Assembly: GCA_030265395.1 (NCBI GenBank)
Contig: JARFYF010000001.1
Span: forward strand, 96,092,722 to 96,155,131
Length of the DNA: 62,410 nt
DNA from: Rhina ancylostomus
Taxonomy: Eukaryota
Reading direction: 5' to 3'
The notes beneath the pieces are model-generated. The model was not told where the DNA came from. It did not search any database and was given only the letters and a program-made list of their open reading frames with translations. Positions 48,970-61,379 of this stretch are shown one piece after another. The position numbers were made by a program, and so were the translations under genes. Positions within the stretch are counted from its first letter, which is position 1. Each line of letters begins with the position of its first letter.

Positions 48970-49110
48970 GGCAGGCACGGTGGTGTAGCAGTTAGCATAA
49001 TGCTATAACAGCACCAGCAACCCGGGTTCAATTCCTGCCACTGTCTGTAAGGAGTTTGTACTTTCTCCCCGTGTCTGCGTGGGTTCATCTCCGGGTGCTC
49101 CAGTTTCCTC
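48970..49110 (+). mobile_element. Young V-SINE 5' half (runs into gap)
   Basis: GGCAGGCACGGTGGTGTAGCAGTTAGC..CCCGGGTTCAATTCC..GTCTGTAAGGAGTTTGTAC. Confidence 0.9.
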
Positions 49111-49210
49111 NNNNNNNNNNNNNNNNNNNNNNNNNNNNNNNNNNNNNNNNNNNNNNNNNNNNNNNNNNNNNNNNNNNNNNNNNNNNNNNNNNNNNNNNNN
49201 NNNNNNNNNN

Positions 49211-49578
49211 GGCATGATTGAGGTATATAATATTATGAGTGATATGGACAAATTAGATTGTAGGAAACCTTTCCCAGATGTAGATAAAACTAGAGACCAT
49301 AGATTTAGAATCAGGGAGGGGAGAGTTGAGGGGATCTGAGGAGGACCTTTTCCACCCAGAGAGTGGTGAGTACTTGGAATACACGGCCTGAGAGATTGAC
49401 GAAAGCAGAACCACTGACAGCATTTAAGTAGTGTCGACATGAGCATTTGAATCATGTAGGCAATAGAAGGCTCTGGGCAAAGTGCTGGAAGATGGGGATA
49501 ATATAGACAGGTGCCCATTGGTCAGCGTGGATGTGGTGGATCGAATGGCCTGTTTCCATGCTGTGTTACTCTATGACA
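49211..49578 (+). mobile_element. CR1 LINE 3' fragment
   Basis: MIEVYNIMSDMDKLDCRKPFP..KTRDHRFRI; terminus GAATGGCCTGTTTCCATGCTGTGTTACTCTATGAC. Confidence 0.9.
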
Positions 49579-50264
49579 TGTCAATCTTTGTACGATTAGC
49601 TGTTACTAGCAACTACTCTGCACAAAAGTGTGAGGACAGATGAGGACAACACAGCTTTAATAGGTCAGTAAATATAGATTAAGAGTGACAGTTGTCTAGT
49701 TGCCTGTTGTAATATGAAAGTTTTGACGATTGCACATCATCAGATGTCCAAGCAATCTCCCTGTCTGCATGTAAATACTCTTGGAATGGACTGCTGCCAA
49801 ATGTGATGCTTGAAAAATGGACAAAAGGTTTCTGTCAATAGAAGTTCTCTCGTTAGAGGGTGTAAAGAATGGAGTTTTTAAAAAATCTTTTATCTTGGGC
49901 CAAGGGACTTTATCCAATCGATCAGAAACAATGCAAAAGTGACAGTAGAGCAGGTGCCACAGGATGAATTCACCAACTCTGCCCTGAACTACAGTCAAAT
50001 TCATGCCGTACTCATGTGAGCTAGGCTCAGAAGGAAATATGGGCTTAAGCCAGGCATGGAACTAAGTGGGGTAGGGCTCCTTTGAGCATAGCTCACCCAC
50101 AAAATTCATCCAAATGCATCAACTTGCCATGACATAGGTAACATGCTTAGTTTCTGGGCTTTTGAATTGCTGTTTTGAATTGATTTCAAATTAGTTATAC
50201 ATGTTAAATCTGTATTAATGTTGATAATAGTGCACTTTATGGGTTTACCTGAAGACTTTGTAAG

Positions 50265-50566
50265 GGCAGGCACAATAGTGTAGTGGTTATCGTAACGCCT
50301 TACAGTGCCAGTGACCCAGGTTCAATTCTGTCAGCTGTCTGTAAGGAGTGTGTACGTTCTCCCCCCGTCTGTGTGGTTTTCCTCCGGGTGCTCCAGTTTC
50401 CTCCCACATTCCAAAGATGTATGGGTTAAGAAGTTGTGGGCATGCTGTGTTGGCGCCGGAAGCGTGGCGGTACTTGTGGGCTTTCCCCAGAACACTCTGT
50501 ACAAAAGATGCATTTCACTGTGTGTTTTGATATACATGTGACTAATAAAGATAATTAATCTTATCT
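50265..50566 (+). mobile_element. Young V-SINE, full length
   Basis: A box TAGTGTAGTGG, B box GGTTCAATTCT, V-domain, tail GTGACTAATAAAGATAATTAATCTTATCT. Confidence 0.9.
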
Positions 50567-50574
50567 CTTATAAC

Positions 50575-50728
50575 TCCCTAGTTAAAATGCACGTTCTTGC
50601 CTTCAAATCTCTTTATATTCATTCTCTGTAATCTCCTCCAGTCCTGCAACCCTCTTGCTTCCTCCAATTCTGACCTCCTGAGCATCTTCAGTTTTGTTCA
50701 GTTCAGCACTGATGGGCGTACTTTCACA
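50575..50728 (+). mobile_element. L2 LINE fragment
   Basis: TTCAAATCTCT..TCTCTGTAATCTCCTCCAGTCCTGCAACCCT..TCCTCCAATTCTGACCTCCTGAGCATC. Confidence 0.65.
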
Positions 50729-51894
50729 GGGTGACCAGATAGTGTATGTGAATAAGAGGAGAACTTCTTTGTAAAGGAGATTGGTAAACGGAGTTTGATG
50801 TCTATATCAACAACAAAAGGTGCACAAAGGACTGCCTTGTGGAATCCTCCTCAGTTTCCAGCACCTGCAGTTTAGTATTCAAATGACTTGGCTTGGTGCA
50901 AAATCTCTTTTCTGCTGATTATGTAACTGTATGGTCCATGCTGACCTCACCTGCTCAGTATGCCTCATGTTAATCCAGGTACCCTTCATAATGGGAGAAT
51001 TGTGTTGAATACAAGCTTTGCAGATGGGTGCACTTACAAATGAAATCACCTTCTTTCAAAAGTACGATGCTGGAAGTTTCAAATTAAATCAGAAAATGCT
51101 TGAAAAACTCAGCATGTGGAGGGAGAGAGACGTGAGCTGGGCATTTTCCAGGTGAAAGGCCGTTCTGCCCTACCTCCGTATTCTTGCATACATTCCCATA
51201 TGTGTTGACTCAATTGGGCAAAGCATGGCTGAGCACCAGCCCACACAACAGAACCTCAACACTGCACCCTTCCTGAGCTCCTTCACTCTCCGCAAACAGA
51301 GACTACAAGCTTACTGGCCATCCATCACCGCCTCACAAGGAGTAACCCTTGACAGTTTCCACATGTTCACCAGTCTGTTCATAGATAAGAAAAGACTTGA
51401 GCAACATTTTGGGAGATGTTGTAACAAAGTACTCAGCATCCACAAACTCAATAATATCCTTTAGCACTGTTCTTTACTCGATGAGCTGCTTCAGTGAAAA
51501 GATGTCCTGATCACTAGTGATTCAGTAACCACTTTTCGAACATAACTAACTTGTTTCATTGAGATGGGGATGTAAACTATTTTAATCCTCCTTTTTAAGG
51601 TTAATGTCTGTTGTAATTAGCATTAACATTGCCATGTATAAGAAGTTTTCAAAACATTGCATCCTTTGTGAATAAGAAGTGATACTCAATTAGATTCAGA
51701 TCTAAGATTCATTATCTTTGGACATATTGGTTAAGCTTATTCCTTGGCTGCATCATAAATATCTCATCTCAATTACCTATGAACAGTATTGCAANNNNNN
51801 NNNNNNNNNNNNNNNNNNNNNNNNNNNNNNNNNNNNNNNNNNNNNNNNNNNNNNNNNNNNNNNNNNNNNNNNNNNNNNNNNNNNNNNNNNNNNN

Positions 51895-52040
51895 TGATAT
51901 ACATTGTAGATAACTGTGACCCCAGCACATGCCTGCAGCATGCTGCTAGTTACAGCCTACAATAGACAAAATGACCCATTTATTGCTACTACTTTTCTGT
52001 TCCTTAACCAACCCTCAATCCATACAAGTGTATTATTTTC
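51895..52040 (-). mobile_element. CR1 RT fragment
   Basis: GACCCCAGCAC..CTAGTTACAGCC..AAAATGACCCATTTATT..TTAACCAA, the reversed RQRVGING.FS.W..VTSGVPQGSVLGP region, decayed. Confidence 0.65.
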
Positions 52041-52043
52041 AAT

Positions 52044-52748
52044 TGTTACAGACTAGGTTACTATTGGTGAATGTCCCTTTAAGATAGAGCACAGTGGTGT
52101 GTGTTGCGATGACATCAACAGAAAATAAGAACATATTGACATTTTTGGAGCAGACAGAGAGAGAGAGAGACAGAGAGACAGAGAGACCAGCCTGCTAGTC
52201 TCTATCGATGGATGAAAAACAGTAACTGTGTCTGTCACTACAATCCACGTATGGATTCTTGGAGTAATCTGGTGGAGTCCACTTTATTGTTAACCTGTAG
52301 AGGGAAACAGGTATTTGTGTGGACGGCCACGATTCAAATGCCTTTCGGGCTGAGGCAGATGCAGTGGAGTAGTCACTGCTGAGTACACACTGAGGTGTTG
52401 TTTGGGTTCTAAAGTGGAACATTTGGATTTCGTAATTACTCTCTATTTTCTCTCGACATTTTGTCTTCAGTCAACAGTGGTTGTTGAAGCAGCCTTTGCT
52501 CACGTTTCACCTTATGGCTTGCTGAACTGAACTTTAAGAACCATTCCTGGAATTAGAGTTTGGGAATTTACCACACACACACTTCGAGTTTAGTTTTTGG
52601 GGTTAATGTTTAAGGTTTAACATTTTTACTTCTAACAATCTAACATTTTTACTTTTATTTTTCTTATTGTCATAAGTGGTTATTAATAAAGTAGTTTTTA
52701 ACACTTATATATAGCCCATTATGTTTCTTTTGTTGCTGGTTCATAACA
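52044..52748 (+). mobile_element. Probable solo LTR (705 bp), Gypsy-like
   Basis: TGTTA...TAACA inverted termini; AATAAA at 52685-52690 about 60 bp before the end; internal (GA)n/GACA microsatellite at about 52150-52187; TSD not clear (CAAT versus ATAA). Confidence 0.6.
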
Positions 52749-54239
52749 ATAATTACTGCCCTCATATTGATGAAATCTACATATAAATGTCATTACACAC
52801 CTTAATCTTACATTAGAAATATGACAACAACTTTACCTGGGATTTATACAACATTTGTTTCCATCAGAGGCAGAAGTAAAAGAATAATGATCTCTTTACA
52901 ATTAACACTAAATTCCTTTGGCAAACCTGGGACCTTTCTGACACAAACAAGTGGGTTCAGAGAATTGGTTTGACAGCTTTTCAGTGTCTTAGGAAATTAA
53001 TGGTGTGGAGTTTGTGGTCAGTGGTAACAGTCCTCACAACTGATCTTGAAGAAAGCTGCCCACAAAGATTGAGGAATTGGTTGAGGTCAGTTCAAGGTGC
53101 TCCCTGGCATTCAGCAGCAGTGATGTCATCAAGTTGGCCAATCACATTAAAATTTTTCACAGACAGCAAAGCATATGTAAATTACAGAGATTTCCTTTAA
53201 TATTTTAAGGATTTTATGAATTTCTAAACAAATATTAGAGCAAAATATGATTCATGTAGAAGCTGAAATATCAAATACATTAATATTTAACATTTTACAG
53301 TTCATTGAGTTTTGAAATATTTATGTGACCAATTGACAAACCCATATACATAAGAATTTTCAAGGGACAGAGAATTCTCAAAGCAGTAAATATGGATTAG
53401 TATACCATTAAACCTTACTTAGACCCCTTGCAACAATCTTAATATTTTAGAGTATTTTACAGTGTGACTAATTTGTAAATACCTTAAGTTCACATTAGTT
53501 CAAGTGATTTCTCTTGATGCAGCCTCTAGAGAAGGGATGAATCACTGTCACCAACTTTGAGATTTCCACATTAAACGATACATCCAGATTCTCTGAATGA
53601 CTTGTCCTATTTATTGAGGTCCCAAATGCCTGTTTTCATTACTTCACGTTTATCAGATTGCCCGTTCCAGCAATACTGCATGCAACAAATTTAAGAATTA
53701 AATGCACATGAGCAAATCTATCCAGAAACAGCTTTGTTACATTCACCCCTAACACCAAATTATTGGTCACTCATATCACTCTCATTTATAAACTCCAGTG
53801 TCTGCCAAGTTGTTAAACAGATTTCAATACATTACTGAAATGTAGTGACATCTTTATATACACTCTTTTAAATAACACTCTGCAGGAAGTGACAGAAAGT
53901 GACCTCCATCAGTAAATCAGTCAAGCAGTCTTCCTGTTTTGAAGCATTCTCAAAACCCGGGAGAATAGAGTTGGACAGAATAAAGCTAGATAGAAAAGGT
54001 GCTGTTTGTACACAGATGCCTTGTAAAATTTGCAAGTATATTTTCTATAAAAATAATACATTGTTGAAAATATTAATTATAAACTTGCACAATTTTGTCT
54101 CATCTACCAGATTATAGATAATGGATAAATATCAGAGTGTGAATTTATGGTTTGGAGAGTAGCGGTAATTAGCACCTTTCATATCGAATTGCCTCCAAGG
54201 GTTCTGCAGTGACCTTTTATTTCAATTTAGTTGACATTT

Positions 54240-54470
54240 AGTGTCAGCCTTGCTTCTGAGCAATAAGGTCTTGTGTTCAGGCACTGTTCCAGGGCTGTTC
54301 TTGGAATCCAGGCTGACACTTCAGTGCAATGCAGTTAGAGGTGCTGGATGATCTAATTAGAGTGAGTCGCTGAACTGAAGGTCCAGAATCATCACAGGTG
54401 AATTTACAAGATCTTTTTAAGTACCTTCCTAGCGATTTTTATCCTTAGCCAAAATTATTAATTCAACATT
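54240..54470 (+). mobile_element. DeuSINE remnant
   Basis: GTGTTCAGGCACTGTTCCAG..AATCCAGGCTGACACTTCAGTGCA..AGAGGTGC; homologous to 45885-46085. Confidence 0.55.
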
Positions 54471-55549
54471 AATGGTACAAGCATGGGATTTTATTCCTTT
54501 GGTTATTAACTGTTGTTTATTTTTTGAATTATATTTCTTTGACCTTCTTTCCCATTTCTTTTTGTCTCAAAGATCAGCCCTTCTATCTCTCATCTTATTT
54601 TTTCTTCTGTTACAGAGTTGACGCTGTTGGATCATACTTGACTAGAACCAAATAAACTGCATCCAAACTCAACTCTGTGAGTAGCAATCTATAAACCAAG
54701 GGGATCCAAATATTTGCATTTGAAACGAATCATTCATGTAGAAGTAGAAGAGCAATGACTAAAATTGTTGCTGGCATATCGATGCACATGATGTAGCCAT
54801 GCACAGAGGCCACCTGGGATGTGCAGTGACTTCACATAGTGTGCAGCACTTGTTTTATGTTATTTGTTTGAAGTCCTGTCCATGCATTAGACCCATAAAG
54901 ATAAAAAAGTAGGCCGCTTTCTCAAGAAAATACTAAGGGGCGCCCTCAAGTCTTTGAAATTATGATGGGTTTTGATTGAGTGAATGCAGGGGAGGAGCGT
55001 GACCAGAGGCCGTCTAACTGAGAATCCTCTTTTCTCACAGGCCAGTGGGAACGTGGACACCACAGGGAATGGTCAGAGTCAATGTTAGAGATAAATTTTA
55101 GAAATGGAAGAACAAAAGAGGGAGAAGGAAATAGAATGTTACACTGATAGATATGGAAATACATTAAATATGGAAAAATGGGAGGAGTCTCATGTGAAGC
55201 TTAGGCACCAGCATGCACTGGTTGGGCTGAATGGCCTGTTGATGCTGTGTGATCAAGGATGATTGAGACCTGTCCCAGGTGAGGTTAAAGGGTTTCCCCT
55301 CCCTGAGTCACCGCTAGAGTGTCCCAGGCCAGCAGTTTCCTTCAGCAGGTGCTAGATTGAACTTTCCCCATTCCTGATCATACCGCCACTCACTTTCCCT
55401 CAATATCTATATCCATCATCATCCCATTCATCCAATTATTGACCCTTACCCTGACCTCTACCACCACCCTTGTATTCCCGCCTCAGAATTTCAGTGGAAT
55501 GCTCCCTCTAATCTTCTGCCAGTACACACACAGGGTGTGGGACTCTTAC

Positions 55550-56920
55550 AATAATATCGGAGAGTGGATTCACTGAACAACAATTGACAGAATTGGATTT
55601 GTTCTGCCTTTTGTGAACATAACATACCTGGGTAATTTTCCACTTTGAGTAAATGTCAGTGTTGTAGTTGCTCTGGAACAGCTTGGCTACACTCCCAGTC
55701 AGTTCTGGGCTACAAAGCTTCACCGTTACAACAGAGTGACATTGGAGTATAGATGTTGTTGACAATGCGGTCATGCCCCACTTATTCACCTACTCACTGA
55801 AGCCCGGTCTACATTTTGCTAAATGTTATTCCAGCCTTGTTCCAAACTTGGACAAAGGAGGGGGAATGCAGAAGTGACATGAGATTGACCCTTCTTGACG
55901 TCAAGTAAGTGTCTGAGTTATTGTTGCATTAACAAACACTAATAAAATTAAAGCCATCGGTAACAGGGGAAAATCGACACTGGCTGGAGTTGTACCAATA
56001 TAGAAGGGTGTTGGTGATCCCAGCCATAGGGCATCACAGCAAGACTTCTTTAGGGCAGAGTCTTAGGATCAACCATCTTCATCTGCTTTATTAAATCCAT
56101 CGTAAAGCCAGAACTGGTAATGTTCACTATTGATTCCACAAAGTTGAAGTTGCAACACTTCAGACAATGAAGTAGTTTGTACAACTTGCACATTTTTGAG
56201 CCTTGTCAAATAATTGTCAAATAACATTCAGTACAAGCAAATGACTTCCTTAAAAAGATGGTAGCTTGATCTTTTCTCCTGACAATCAAAGGCAATATTG
56301 ATGTCAAATTTGCTATAATTGAATTGTTGTGGCTTGAAATTTAATTGGACTGGTCATATAAATGCCACAGTTACGAGAGTAGATCAGAGGGTGTGTATCG
56401 TGTGGCAAGTAACCCAATTTCCCATGTACCATGATGGAATTCTCTCCACTTGCCAGGAAAATGCAAGTCCTACAGCACTCATGAAGCTCAGCACCATCTG
56501 GTCCAAAGCAGCCTGCTTGAACGCATCCTATCCACCACAGCAATCATTCACTTATTCCACCACTGGTACACTTGGACTATAGGGAATAGCATGAACAAAG
56601 TCTATTGGTGCAAGCTCTTCATGGCTTCTTCAATACCACTTCTGAAGCTTGCAGCCTTTACCAGCTGGTGAATGGGAACACCATCAACTGTTTGTTCCCT
56701 CCAAATTGCACACCATCCTGATGGGGAAATATAATAGCATTCTTTTTTATTACTGTTACTAGGTCAAAATCATGAAAATCCGTACCTGACTGTATTGTGT
56801 ATATGCACCTTCACTACACAGGTTACACTGTTTCAAGAAGGAGAATTTCTGTTACCTTCTCAGGGTGAATTACAGATGGACAATAAACAATGATCTTGCC
56901 AGTGTCATAAATAAATGAGT
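55550..56920 (+). mobile_element. CR1-group LINE with an inverted 5' arm (about 55550-55745 on the minus strand)
   Basis: Minus: KLCSPEL..AKLFQSNYNTDIY..WKITQVCYVHKRQNKSNSVNCCSVNPLS; plus: VVDNAVMPHLF..ALFQTWTKE..LLDVK, QGSVLGP-like segment, LNWTGHIN, TCQENASPTALMKLSTIWSKAACL; 3' terminus at about 56850-56920. Confidence 0.85.
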
Positions 56921-58147
56921 TTAAAAAGAATCTAATTTGATTAGAGATAGCAGAATCCTTCAGTATGGTTCTTTAAGGAGATCCATGATTAGTTGTCCTG
57001 TTGACCAACAGTCCCCAGGTACTCAGTGGAGGGCGACACAGTCTTTCCATCTCCCATGTGCCGTAATTTGTGCGGTAAAATATCACTGATGGCAAGGATA
57101 ACTCCAGCTTAAAATGCCTGCTGTNNNNNNNNNNNNNNNNNNNNNNNNNNNNNNNNNNNNNNNNNNNNNNNNNNNNNNNNNNNNNNNNNNNNNNNNNNNN
57201 NNNNNNNNNNNNNNNNNNNNNNNNTTTTTTGGCCAGTCATTGCAACATTCAGACAGTGATAACTTGTGGTTGTTTGCCTCTCTTAGAATGTTAAAGTGTG
57301 CAGAGCCAACAGTGACACATGCTAGGTGTCAGTCTGATGAGCCAACTCATTTCATATTGGGTTCCTTTCTTCTGTTCAAATTCAGTTCCCTTGATGACAA
57401 CACTGTTCAAGACAAATAGTCCAAGGACTGAGTGAAAAATTAGAAGAAATATCACCAGATTTGGCATGTATTTGCCAGTTTGTTTTTAGAGCTCCTCAAA
57501 GTAAAAGATGTGGATGCTGAGGAATGCAACAATTAACCACTTAAGGACTTTCACATTGGGTATTATATGGCCAGCTGCAGAATAAGGCTCAGTCTACTGT
57601 GACTCGAGCATACCTTACTTCCAACATCAGAAGTTCATCAACTGTTCCACCAGTGAAACATTTTTCAGTTTCCCATATGAACTGAAAACTTGGGGTTCTC
57701 AGAATGCAATTGTCAATTAACAGTAAATTATAAAAATCTTTGTGCTATTGGACCCAAGGACTGCTAGAAGCTGAGCTGAGACTTGCACTGTTTTGTTTTT
57801 CAAAAGCATAACAATGATGAGACTGTCTCATACTAATTTATAGGTTTTCTGGGAATATAATAATAGATTTTGCCAAAGTTCAGACCTTCCTTCAGTGCTT
57901 GTGAGTTGTACATTTATCTTAATCTTGAAATAAACTGAATGGGTAAATAACAGATGGAAACAGCATCTGATGAATTCTGAAGTGAGACCAGTCAGTGTTC
58001 ATCCCAATCTCAAGAAGAAGAAAAAGGACCATCAAAAGTAAATTCTGCTGAAATTGGTCCATTTATTGAAAAGCATGGCTTATAGCAAATGAATAATTAA
58101 TAGTGACCCTCTGAAAAGATTTAATCCAGAGCCAAAATAAGTTACAA

Positions 58148-58300
58148 CAGGCAGATCTGTGGAGAGAGAAACAATTAACATGTCAGGTCAATGATTCTTC
58201 TTCATGGGTTTGAAATGGTTACTCTGTTTCTTTCTCTACAGATACTGCATGATTTGATGACCATTTCCAGCATTTCAGATTTCTAGTATATGCAGTGTTT
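58148..58300 (+). mobile_element. Old fold-back Penelope pLTR-derived element
   Basis: GGCAGATCTGTGGAGAGAGAAACA / CTGTTTCTTTCTCTACAGATACTGC inverted arms, ending TTTCAGATTTCTAGTATATGCAGT. Confidence 0.7.
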
Positions 58301-58594
58301 CGCTTGTAAATGAATTTCAGATCGCTTTTTGCCTTTTTTCTCCCAGAAAAAAACAGAAGATGTACCAATATTAATATAGTTGAAAAGGGAACATCCATAG
58401 GGAATATAGTTGAAAAGGTTACAGAAATAGGTTATTCATGTGCGTTATTGGTGTACAATCAGTTTGATCCAGTTTTGTGTACAAACATGAAATGTACAAA
58501 AATAATGAGGTATGGTGTTATAAGGAAGCTATGGAGTGTGGTATGGATACAATACATGTGTATTAGTGCTAAAGATAAGGGGGTCTTGCTTTTA

Positions 58595-58883
58595 GCACAG
58601 TACTGTAGTGGTTTGCGAAATGCTATTCCAGTGCCAGCGACCCGGGTTCATTTCCCGCCACTGTTTGTAAGGAGTTTGTACCTTCTCCCCGTGTCTGCGT
58701 GGGTGTCCTCCGAGTGCTCCGGTTTCCTCATTACAAAGGTGTACAGGTTAGGAAGTTGTGGGCTTGCTATGTTGGTGCCGAACTGTGGTGATACTTGCGG
58801 GCTGCCCCCAGAACACGCGACGCAAAAGCTGCATTTCACTGTGTGTTTCGACATACATGTGACAAATAACGATATCTTATTAT
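58595..58883 (+). mobile_element. Young V-SINE, near full length
   Basis: GCCAGCGACCCGGGTTCATTTCCCGCC..GTAAGGAGTTTGTAC..CATGTGACAAATAACGATATCTTATTAT. Confidence 0.9.
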
Positions 58884-58929
58884 TTAAATCAACCAAATCC
58901 AGGTGAACTAACACAATAAAAGAAGTTAT

Positions 58930-59430
58930 GTTGAATTTATGTAGCACCTTGGATGGTCCACTCTTGGAGGGCTATGCAGACATGGTTCTGGTCAGCATAT
59001 TACAAAGAGGAGATGGAGGCACAAGGTTTACAGTGATGGTATCAATGAGAAAGAGTGAACTGCAGTGCTCTAGTTTCCAGAGGGAAAAAGGCTTAGAAGG
59101 GGATTTATAAGTTTATGGAAAGGTACCATAGGATAGAAGTTGAGAAAATGTCTTCACCTGCAATGGCCATATATATTACATTTTTACTCAAATCTAAAAT
59201 GAAATTTAGGAGATAGTGCTTTATTTGCACACTGGTTAAAGTGGAGAAATAATTACTACGAGGAGTGGTTGTCACAAAGAGTAAATGATTTAAAGGGGAA
59301 TTTGGATTAGTGCATGAGAGAAAAAGAATTAAAGGAAATGTTAAATTTGGATGAAGAGGGGTGGGAGGAAGTTTCACTGGAACACTGGCAAAGATCAGCT
59401 GGGCCAACTGACCAATACATTTGATGTAAC
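58930..59430 (+). mobile_element. Old CR1 3' fragment
   Basis: NLCSTLDGPLLE; REKGLEGDL; decayed 3' UTR. Confidence 0.65.
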
Positions 59431-60434
59431 AGGAATTCATATCTAAATAAGTTGCAAAAAAATCCTCACTCCCATGCTCTTTATGATACTTAAGAGTTCA
59501 AGAACAATTTTACCAGAAACTTTCACTACCTGTAAAATTGGTTGTTGCCCCAGGGACACCATGTGATACTGTGATCTACCATGTTTGCACTGGTTCAAGA
59601 AAGCTCTTCAAAGTGCTTTTTTTTTCCTTAGTGGTCTTGAGTTGTTTTACTTTATGTTTCTATGAATAAACATTAGACATAGGGAGTTTAATAGCTTAGA
59701 AATCAACATTTTCCAATTAGTTTAGCTTCATGATTCATGGTCTCAGTACAGAGGTTTCTTGCGGATGCAAGTGCAATTATTGACTTATTCCCTGGGTTCT
59801 CAAGGGCAACAAAGTGAAAATTATCTGAATCAGAATAACAGGTCCATACTAAGCACAGTCTTCTGATGATATGGCAGTTTAATTAGGTAAAACTTCTCAT
59901 TTCATGCCAGAAAGACTTCAAAATGAAAGGCTAATGTGTTTTAAGAATTATTGAAAAAAGTAGCCTGTGATGAGCATAACATAATTCAAATNNNNNNNNN
60001 NTTACATCATTCATTAAGTGAAGATGAAGGTCAGACATCTCAGCAGTCAATTACGACTGCTTACCTTGGCATCAAATCAGACAGGCTTCTTTGATGCAGT
60101 CACATTACAGGACATCTCAAGAGTATTCCCTTCAAAACTCAATGCTCTTAACAGACTATAGGAAATGATGCAAGATTTTGCCCATCGTGTCACATGCAAT
60201 TACTGGCATCTCTCAATGCAAGGGCTAGTAAGTTTCAAAGTGGGCTGTGATCTGCCATGGAACTTGCCATGGAGTCTAACAATAGTTCAGGAGTTCCAAG
60301 AACAATCATTTCCCTGATATCTTCCCCCATTTCATCACACACCGTCCATCCCCTAGCCCCCACCTCATCTTTCATCCCTTTCTGGATTATTTCAAATGTC
60401 ACTTCCGGACAGATCCATAACTCACCTCCATACA

Positions 60435-60655
60435 AACATGGAAATAGGGAATAAGAGTAGACCCTTCAAGCCCACTTGGCCATTCAATCTGACATGGCTG
60501 ATCATCTGTCCAAATACCATATTGGTGCTCTCTCCCATTACATCTTGATGCATGGTGCATATAAAAATACATCCATCTCCTCCTTTAAGGAATTCAGTGA
60601 CTTGGCCTCTAAAGCCCTATGTGCTCGTGAATTCCACAGGTTCCCTACCTTCTGA
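60435..60655 (-). mobile_element. CR1 3' terminus
   Basis: ACATGGAAATAGG..GTAGACCCTTCAAGCCC..CCATTCAATCTGACATGGCTGATC..GACTTGGCCTCTA..GAATTCCACAGGTTC. Confidence 0.8.
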
Positions 60656-60669
60656 TGATGTTTCTAGTC

Positions 60670-61345
60670 ATCTATTTCCAGCGCCTCTGCTCTCACCCCT
60701 TCTCCAGAAATAGAGCAGAGATCCACAGGTCTTCAACCCCACCGCCCTCCACATTCAACACAATTTCCACGTGCGCCAACAAGCTTCCATCCCTTCCCAT
60801 CCCCATCCTCCACCCTCCAACCTTCCAAAGGGACTGGGTTCCCTTTGCGATCCCCTGGTCTGTTCTTCTGTCCCTTTCTTATAGTGATTCCCCCATGCAA
60901 CCACCCAAGGTGCAGGACTTGTACTTCCACGTCTTCACTTCCCATCATCCAGGGATCCAAACAGTCTTTCCAAATAAAATAGTGATTCACTTGCGCTTCT
61001 TCCAATCCAGTGCACTGCACTTGATGTTCAGAATCTGGTCTCCTCAACATTGGAGAAACCAAATACAGATTAGGTGATCGCTTTGAGGAGCACCTGCATT
61101 CAGTCCGCAGAGTACGCCTGCTTTCATACTATCAGAGATATTACCTTTGTTTTACCCATCCCCCCCTCTCTCTCTGCTACTCAAAACTAAGACCATATGA
61201 CCATAACTAACTTGTTTCCTCTCCCAGTTCTGACGAAGGATCCCAGACTTGAAACATTAACTGTTTTTCTTTACACAGATACTGCCTGACCTGCTGCTTG
61301 TTTCCAGCATTTTCTGTTTTTATTTCAGATTTACAGCATTTGCAT
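60670..61345 (+). mobile_element. Penelope-like element 3' remnant: linker, GIY-YIG endonuclease fragment and pLTR
   Basis: About 60893-61111 translates PCNHPRCRTCTSTSSLPIIQGSKQSFQIK**FTCASSNPVHCT*CSESGLLNIGETKYRLGDRFEEHLHSVRR (Cys linker plus GIY-YIG, with stops); the pLTR shared with the short elements follows at 61225-61345. Confidence 0.9.
61225..61263 (+). ncRNA. Minimal hammerhead ribozyme motif in Penelope pLTR (decayed)
   Basis: CAGUU-CUGACGA-AGGAUCCCAGACUU-GAAAC-AUU-AACUG: perfect 5-bp helix I, core boxes intact, weak helix II, ACGU changed to ACAU (CpG transition). Confidence 0.65.
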
Positions 61346-61379
61346 TCTTTAATGATTTTCATTTATTTATAATGTCATA

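Noticed and set aside
50265-50340. tRNA gene (also the other A/B-box heads)
   Set aside because: Each head continues into a V-SINE body and tail; no complete cloverleaf was seen.
3499-57419. ORFs containing runs of X
   Set aside because: They are artefacts of translating through N-gaps.
58310-58906. Longest ORF (198 aa)
   Set aside because: Its second half is read through the V-SINE at 58595-58883; no domain is recognisable.
60655-61077. 140-aa ORF
   Set aside because: Off-frame reading of the Penelope remnant; the homologous GIY-YIG frame contains stops.
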